64,000 bases of DNA from Octopus vulgaris (lineage: Eukaryota). Position 1 is the stretch's first letter, and each line of letters starts with the position of its first letter. This document shows positions 56,850 through 64,000 of this stretch, piece after piece. Position numbers and translations under genes: made by a program. The stretch lies in the NCBI GenBank assembly GCA_951406725.2, contig OX597837.1, positions 12,648,001-12,712,000 of the forward strand, given 5' to 3'. The notes beneath the pieces are model-generated. The model was not told where the DNA came from. It searched no databases and saw only the letters and a list, made by a program, of their open reading frames with translations.

Positions 56850-57170
56850 CTAGTTGTACTCATACTTAACAGTACACACACTTCAATACTAATCGTACTT
56901 TGATACTACTCGTACTTTAACAGTTTTTGTACTTTAATTGTACTTACATTTAAGTAGTATTCACGCCTTAATAGTACTTGCACTTTAAGAGTACAGCACT
57001 TTAATAGTACTCGTAGTTAAATAACACTCATACCTTAAGAGTACTAACACTTTGATAGTACATTTTCCAAAGTACTTGCATATAAATAGTACTCGTACCT
57101 TTGATCTTTTACTTTAAGAGTACTCGAACTTTAAGAGTACAGCACGTTAATAGTACTTAGTCTTTAATAA
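56850..57170. repeat. Degenerate ~16-17-bp tandem repeat TTAATAGTACTCGTAC-like
   Basis: AGTAC(T) and CTTTAA recur periodically. Confidence 0.7.
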
Positions 57171-57371
57171 TCCTTTTTACTTTAGGCAAAAGGCCAGAAT
57201 TAAAGCCAGAAATTTATTGCATCCGGATATCCCATTGATGAGTACATTCAAATAGGTTTCGTATCCACTAAACTTTAGTGGAAACTCATTCATCCTTGAC
57301 ATGCCCCTTCATTAACAATTGGAGCAGTGTTTGTCTTGTAAATATTTATGCCAAATATGACGTTACATATT

Positions 57372-57397
57372 CTTTTCATTCTATATTTTTTTAACAG
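57372..57397 (+). promoter_or_regulatory. Candidate splice acceptor of a 5'-UTR intron of C
   Basis: CTTTTCATTCTATATTTTTTTAACAG|GTTACCA, conserved with B. Confidence 0.35.
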
Positions 57398-57803
57398 GTT
57401 ACCAGTTGAACTCAAGTATTACCAACCACCCGAAATGCCATAAAGAGAAAATAACAAATCGGCGCTGATAAATTATTCCACACAGAGGGAGATGTATAAC
57501 AAACATTCACGCTTGAACTATCAAATAATTTCTCATTAAACCAGTTTATATCTTGTCCAATGAAACCATCAAGCGGAAACATAGATTTTATATGCCATTC
57601 TCTCTAAGAACCAGTCGCAAAGATGTCTCACAAAACTCACCAAATAGTTTTTGTTTAATGAAAGCACGGAGAGCAGGAAATTCAAAAGCCATTATTTCAC
57701 AATCACACGCATCTTGTATATATACACGCACACGTACGTTTATACGTGAATACATCAATCTCTGATATATTTTTTTTTAATTTCAACTGATCATAAATTT
57801 TAA

Positions 57804-59273
57804 ATGATGAAAATCAGCGGATTTATTAAGCATTATTCGTCGTATCATTGGATATTATGCTATGTTACTTTCATGACCGTTCTCCTGTTACACACATTAC
57901 GAGTTGACCTTGGTATCGCCTTTGCTTGTATGCTGAAGACAACCAACAGTTCACTTCAAGAACTTAATCATACCGGAATAAAGGAAGAATGTTCAGGGTC
58001 GGAGAATCATTTACCGAATAAAACATTTGAAGGTGAATTCGAATGGAGCAACTCTTTACAGTCCCAGATGTTGGCTGGATATTTTTATGGATATACCGTG
58101 ACTAATATATTTGGTGGTATGTTAGCCGACAAGTATGGAAGTAAAAATGTTCTGGGTTTTTCCATTATCTCGGCATCTATTTTGACTCTGCTCCACCCAA
58201 GTTTGTCTCGAATAAGTGGGTACTTTACCCTTGCCTTAAGGATATTAACGGGTTTGGTTTTAGGACCTATGGCCCCATCAGTCCAGTCGTTGTGGGGACG
58301 TTGGGCACCACCTGAAGAGAGAAGCTCACTAGTTGCGTTTTCGTTTTCTGGCCAAACCTTAGGGACCATTATATGCATGTCGATCTCAGGTTTTCTTTGT
58401 GAATATGGATTTGACAACGGATGGGGTTCTATATTTTACTTATTCGGTGGAACAACGCTGCTGTTTAGTTGTGTGTGGTTTTGTGTTGTTTATGATAATC
58501 CAGATGACCACCCCAACATCAACGAAGAAGAACGAGTATATTTAAACAAAAACAGAAAAGATAAGAGTGAAGTAAAAAATGTACCTTGGAGGAAAATACT
58601 ATCTTCTTCCGCCATTTGGGCCATTACCGTTGCCCATATGATCACCAGCTGGACAAATACGGTCTTCCAGATGTTGTTACCATTATATATGAAAGATGTA
58701 TTAAACATTGATCCTTCGGCGAATGGTTTAATGTCTTCAACTCCGTCGTTAGGACAATTCATATTTTTACCATTATCAGGAAAACTTGCAGATGTTCTAC
58801 GTTCAAAGAATTATCTGTCAACTCGTTCAGTCCGAGTAATATTCCAGTCTATCTCTTTTATTGGTTCAGCATCTCTACTTGTAGCCATCGGATTTCTGAA
58901 ATGTGATCAGACTATTTTAATAGGAATTCTTTTATTCCTCTCTGGCGTGACGACTGCATTTTATTCTGGCGGTTTCTTGGTAAACCATATCGACGTTGCT
59001 CCCAGATATGCTGGAGTTTTATACGGATTTACCAATACATTTGCATCAATATGTAGTATTTTATGCCCCTTGGCGGTTAAAGCTCTTACACCAAACGGTA
59101 CGCAGAACGAATGGCGAACAGTGTTGATCATGAGTGGTGCACTCTCGTTGTTTGCGGCAATAATTTATGCGTTATTTGCGAAAGGAAGTGAACAAGAGTG
59201 GGCTTACACTAAAGACAATTCTTCGCAAATTTCTGAAAAACTGGAAAAACCTTTATTAAAAGAAAGTTGCTAA
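57804..59273 (+). CDS. SLC17 family (sialin-like) MFS anion transporter, paralog C, intact single-exon CDS, 489 aa
   Basis: Same motif set as A and B, with long tracts almost identical to B. Confidence 0.95.
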   Translation: MMKISGFIKHYSSYHWILCYVTFMTVLLLHTLRVDLGIAFACMLKTTNSSLQELNHTGIKEECSGSENHLPNKTFEGEFEWSNSLQSQMLAGYFYGYTVTNIFGGMLADKYGSKNVLGFSIISASILTLLHPSLSRISGYFTLALRILTGLVLGPMAPSVQSLWGRWAPPEERSSLVAFSFSGQTLGTIICMSISGFLCEYGFDNGWGSIFYLFGGTTLLFSCVWFCVVYDNPDDHPNINEEERVYLNKNRKDKSEVKNVPWRKILSSSAIWAITVAHMITSWTNTVFQMLLPLYMKDVLNIDPSANGLMSSTPSLGQFIFLPLSGKLADVLRSKNYLSTRSVRVIFQSISFIGSASLLVAIGFLKCDQTILIGILLFLSGVTTAFYSGGFLVNHIDVAPRYAGVLYGFTNTFASICSILCPLAVKALTPNGTQNEWRTVLIMSGALSLFAAIIYALFAKGSEQEWAYTKDNSSQISEKLEKPLLKESC

Positions 59274-59639
59274 AATTTGTTGTTTAATCTGTTGATACCC
59301 TGTTTATTATTCCCGGTTAAATCTCGTTTTACTTTAGGTAAAATTAGTTGCCGGGGTTTCCGTTTGCGAATACATCCTGAGTCATTACGTTATCGCTCAA
59401 CCAACTTCAAGAGTCGTTTTGCGCATCCTGTCCGAAATATAAAAACACATTCATTTTTAATTTCATCTCCACAGATTCTCTATAGAGATTAGAGCCAGCA
59501 CTGAAAATTATGACCTTTCGTATACGAATATATAAACAATGCGGTCGAAGATGGAAAAATAAGTAATGGCTATATAAGCATAATTCAAGAGTTCTTACCC
59601 TTTCTTCAGCACCACATCCACATTAACCCTCTACAAACA

Positions 59640-60085
59640 CATTCTTTTCTACTCTTTTCTACACAAGGCCCGAAATTTTGGGGGAGAGCGCCAGTCGATT
59701 AGATCGACCCCAATACGCAACTGGTACTTAATTTATCGATCTTGAAATGATGAAGATCAAAGTCGACCTCGGTGGAATTTGAACTTAAAGAGAGACAAAA
59801 TACCGCTAAGCACTTTTCCCGGCGTGCTAACGTTTCTGCCAGCCTACCGCCCTAAAACAACTCAATATTCTTTTCTACTCTAGGCACAAGGCCCGAAATT
59901 TTGGGGCAGGGTGCCAGTCGATTTGTACGATCCCAGTACGCAGCTGGTACTTAATTTATCGATCCCAGATAGATGAAAATCAAAGTCGACCTCGGCGGAA
60001 TTTGAACTCAGAACGTAAAGACAGACGAAATACCGCAAAGCATTTCGCCCGGCGCGCAAACGTTTCTGCCAAGCTCCTCGCCGTC
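59640..60085 (-). mobile_element. Two tandem SINE family 3 copies
   Basis: TTCTTTTCTACTC..CACAAGGCCCGAAATTTTGGGG...GCTAACGTTTCTGCCAG..CGCC at 59640-59852 and again at 59867-60083. Confidence 0.82.
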
Positions 60086-60848
60086 TTCCCCCTCAAACAT
60101 ATTGCTCTAATAGTCACTAAGTTTAGCTGTGTAACACTCCTGCAAAGACCAATTTAAATGTTAAACGCATTCTTGACAATTAACCGAAATGCATTGTCGC
60201 TACCAGCAATTTAATAGGTTTTCTTAACATAGGCTATACACGACACGGCTGAATCAAAAGAGAGGAATGATCTGATATGTTTTTAATCGACCTCGGAATG
60301 CTGAAAGACGAAGTCAACTTGAATAGGAATGGAACTATCTCAGAAAAAGTAGTGGATTAAATTTCGATGTGCTCAAAGTATTTTATCAGACGTTCTTATG
60401 CATTATTCTCTATAGTTGAATGATTAGGAAGATCATATCGCAACAATTAGGTTCCATTTTGGACAGAGGTCCTTTTTTTTATAGCTTTAAGTTGACCGAA
60501 TTCGTAGGAATATAACTTGGTAGTCGTAAACCATAGATGCTTGTCAGGTAGATGGTACTTGTAATCCATAACTTGTCACACTGATTCTGTTTAGAGGTAC
60601 ACGTGTCTATGAAATACCCAGCCGCCATACCTGCTCGTTAATTCACTGGCAAATAAACTAGCAGAGAAATATGAAAGACTCTTCCCCCAGCGCTCGCCAC
60701 CTTACCTCGTATGGCCTAGCGGCCCTCACTGTTTATTTTCACTGTCCTTTTTTTTGTAACCAAATTTGACCCTCCGCAAATCCCAAATTTTATTTTGGTT
60801 CGCGAGAGCAACTGTTTTCTCGAAGGCACATATTGTCGTGAACTGCTC

Positions 60849-61268
60849 AGGAGCGGCTGTGTGGTAAGTAGCTTGTTTACCAACCACATGGTTCCGGGTT
60901 CAGTCCCACTGCGTGGCACCTTGGGCAAGTGTCTTCTACTATGGCCTCGGGCCGACCAAAGCCATGTGAGTGGATTTGGTAGGCGGAAACTGAAAGAAGC
61001 CCGTCGTATATATGTATATATATATATGTAGTGTGTGTGCGTGTATGTTTGTGTTTGTCCCCCTAGCATTGCTTGACAACCGATGCTGGTGTGTTTATGT
61101 CCCCGTCACTTAGCGGTTCGGCAAAAGAGACCGATAGAATAAGTACTGGGCTTACAAAGAATAAGTCCCGGGGTCGAGTTGCTCGATTAAAGGCGGTGCT
61201 CCAGCGTGGCCGCAGTCAAATGACTGAAACAAGTAAAAGAGTAAAAGAGTAAAAGAGTAAAGAGTAAA
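60849..61268 (+). mobile_element. SINE family 1, full length
   Basis: CAGGAGCGGCTGTGTGGT head and (GAGTAAAA)n tail. Confidence 0.88.
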
Positions 61269-61535
61269 TGTGTAGAAAAACAGCCGACAACTGATGAAGG
61301 GTCGTTTTTTTATGTTACTTGTCTTGTTTTCCATTTGTTTCTCTCGCTGTTCGCAAAAAATGTTTGTCTTCGTATTTCATGTTGTTTACGTTTCGTGACG
61401 ATCAAAAGTGATCGTATCACAGAAGAATTTTAAAAATGTAAAAAGCAAGATTAGGTTTATCCGTGGAAAGAAAAACCTACGGAGAAGACCACGCTAAACT
61501 CAGGTAGGGAGGGAATAAATACATGAGAGCAAAGT

Positions 61536-61576
<41 letters not shown>

Positions 61577-61609
61577 TACAGGATCATGCTCAAAGTGGTT
61601 TCGTCACTC

Positions 61610-62893
61610 ACACGCACCATCTTTACTACATTCATCCACCTTTTTTGAAACTTTCACGAGAAAAAACCTGCCTCTCTATTCTCACCTTCCTTTTCAAGTG
61701 GCACTTGAAAAGGTTGGTGAAGGATTGGCCAGAGAGGTTTGTCTCTAATCCCTTCACTAATCCACTATAGAACGCCTTTGTTGTAATGAAGTCGCACAAG
61801 TTTGATCCCGGACGGCAGAGTTGATTGAGATCAATGCGACACTCGCGGTGCCATTCGCCTAGCCTCGGTCTCTGTTTGATCCACAACTGCAGTTCGGCCA
61901 AGGAGACGAGTTGCGGGAAAGCGCGCCGCACAAAAGGCGGCCACACTTTTCACCGTCGTCTATGAAGCACCGGAGATGCCGGAGTCTCAGCGCATGTCTG
62001 TGCATCATCGGCCACGGCATGCCCAGCCCTCCATTTAGCGGGTGTTGACAGCAAATGGATTGCCTAACCATTGGGACGCTTCCCTTCCAGAAGAAGCGGA
62101 AGTGTATGCGTTCCAGTTTGGTGATGGTAGGGTCGGGACAAGGCACGACGGTCAGACGGTACTCGATGACGGATGCGACGTACGCGTTCGCCACCTCCGC
62201 CCGACCTTTTAGCAATAGCTTCCTCTCGGTCCATTACTGGGTGAGATTGGCCACCCTAGTCATTATGTCGCCCCAGTTCTTCTCCATTTGGAACCAGACT
62301 CCGAGCAATTTAGCCGGTCCGTCGGTCCAGCGTCCCACTATGGAGATGTGGTCCAGCGTCCCACTATGAGCTCCCGTTGCCGCTTCGTATTCTTTTAGAG
62401 TCTCGCCGATCAGGTCGATGTGCTTGTGGCTCGGCATTATGACGGTGATGTCGTCCGCGTATGCAGACACGCTCGTCCTGCATCCCAATTCTCGCGGGAT
62501 GGCCCTCTGAGTCGCTTTCTTCCGCAGTAGTGGTTCGAGAGTCAATACGTATAGAAGCGACGAGAGGAACCGAAAGTGCAGTGTCGAAAGGTCTCGATGT
62601 CCATTTACGCGAATTACCGAAGGGATGCCTCTGTACAAAGCAGCTAACCAGCCACGGAAAACGGGACCGAAACCAGCCGCTATGAGGACAGCCTCTAAGT
62701 ATCGATGGTCTACTCTATCGAAAGCTTTCGATTGATCCAAATTGATCAGGGCCCCACCCATGCCAGGTTTCTTAACTACCCTGTCTATGATGTAGCGCAT
62801 CAGATGGAGGTTGGCAAGGATGCTCCGGCCCGCCACTGCGTACGTTTGCGCCTTGTCGACTAGTTTCTCGATGACAAGCGCCAACCTCTTTGC
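61610..62893 (-). mobile_element. 5'-truncated, degraded L1/Tx1-like LINE reverse transcriptase
   Basis: Encodes [57 protein letters not shown], and downstream F.W......V.....HPLNGGLGMP. Internal deletions and frameshifts. Confidence 0.88.
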
Positions 62894-62953
<60 letters not shown>

Positions 62954-63050
62954 CATACAGACATACAGACAGACAGATAGACAGACATACAGACAGACAG
63001 ACAGAAAGATAGATAGACAGAAAGACAGACGGACAGACAGACAGACAGAC

Positions 63051-63124
<74 letters not shown>

Positions 63125-63154
63125 GCAGAAAGAGAGGTAGACAGATAAATAGAT

Positions 63155-63185
<31 letters not shown>

Positions 63186-63196
63186 AACAGACACAC

Positions 63197-63262
<66 letters not shown>

Positions 63263-63292
63263 GCAGAAAGAGAGGTAGACAGATAAATAGAT

Positions 63293-63332
<40 letters not shown>

Positions 63333-63338
63333 GCACAC

Positions 63339-63397
<59 letters not shown>

Positions 63398-63402
63398 CAG
63401 AA

Positions 63403-63449
<47 letters not shown>

Positions 63450-63462
63450 TAGATAGATAGAC

Positions 63463-63543
<81 letters not shown>
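62894..63543. repeat. Compound (GATA)n/(GACA)n microsatellite with an internal duplicated block
   Basis: Direct reading. GGCAGAAAGAGAGGTAGACAGATAAATAG occurs at ~63124 and ~63262. Confidence 0.95.
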
Positions 63544-64000
63544 TTCATGCGTGTGAGTATTTGTACTAAGCAATCTACAAAAGTACTTTACTTATACTGA
63601 CATACATAAGTCGGGTTCTGCGCATGAATCGTAATGCGACACACGAGGCATTTATCACAGAACTACGCAAAGTATAATTCATTCCTTCCACACACGTTCT
63701 CGCACATCTACTGGGTGAAGATTTGCCTGCGTTCATATCTACGTAGCAGATATCGGGCTGCTACACTTGCCAAGACTACATAGAGAGTTCATTCAGCACC
63801 GTTGGCATTTTAAATCGTCTGTTATTTTGTTATTACGTAAACCGAGGGGATTACACGCGTTGAAGGCATTCGTTTGAAGATATCTGGTGCTGAATGGTAG
63901 AGATCGTTCCGGTTCCGTTACAGCCCTGGGATACAATCAATGATAACGCTTAATGTGTATGAGACAGGGGGAGAGATGAACTCGAAGAAAGGGACAAAGA

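Noticed and set aside
62894-63328. N-terminal half of the 364-aa ORF fused to RT
   Set aside because: A microsatellite in frame by chance with the truncated LINE.

Overview
AT-rich, microsatellite- and SINE-dense eukaryotic DNA. The repeat families look like those of an octopod (Octopus) genome; this is my inference from repeat recognition, not a search. The only host genes form a cluster of SLC17 (sialin/VGLUT-like, MFS) anion transporters with intronless CDSs. Four near-identical minus-strand 'A' copies lie in an 8.4-10 kb tandem array: A1 is intact, and A2-A4 each carry single-base frameshifts. There are also a 3' stub of A, a 3' stub of B, and two intact divergent paralogs, B (-) and C (+), arranged head-to-head. 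The array appears to be a duplication nested inside a larger one (about 8.4 kb, then about 18.6 kb). The proteins keep the TM1 and TM4 arginines but lack the TM4 acidic/His residues of sialin and VGLUT. Many paralog differences fall in cavity-lining helices, between homogenised tracts. Intergenic DNA holds tRNA-derived SINEs, a DD34E Tc1 element, mariner, CR1, R4/Dong and Tx1/L1-like LINE remnants, and a non-autonomous Helitron. It also holds several Penelope-type remnants with minimal hammerhead-ribozyme motifs and perfect palindromes in (TA)n tracts. Three of the four frameshifts and one garbled tract look like assembly-consensus artefacts.
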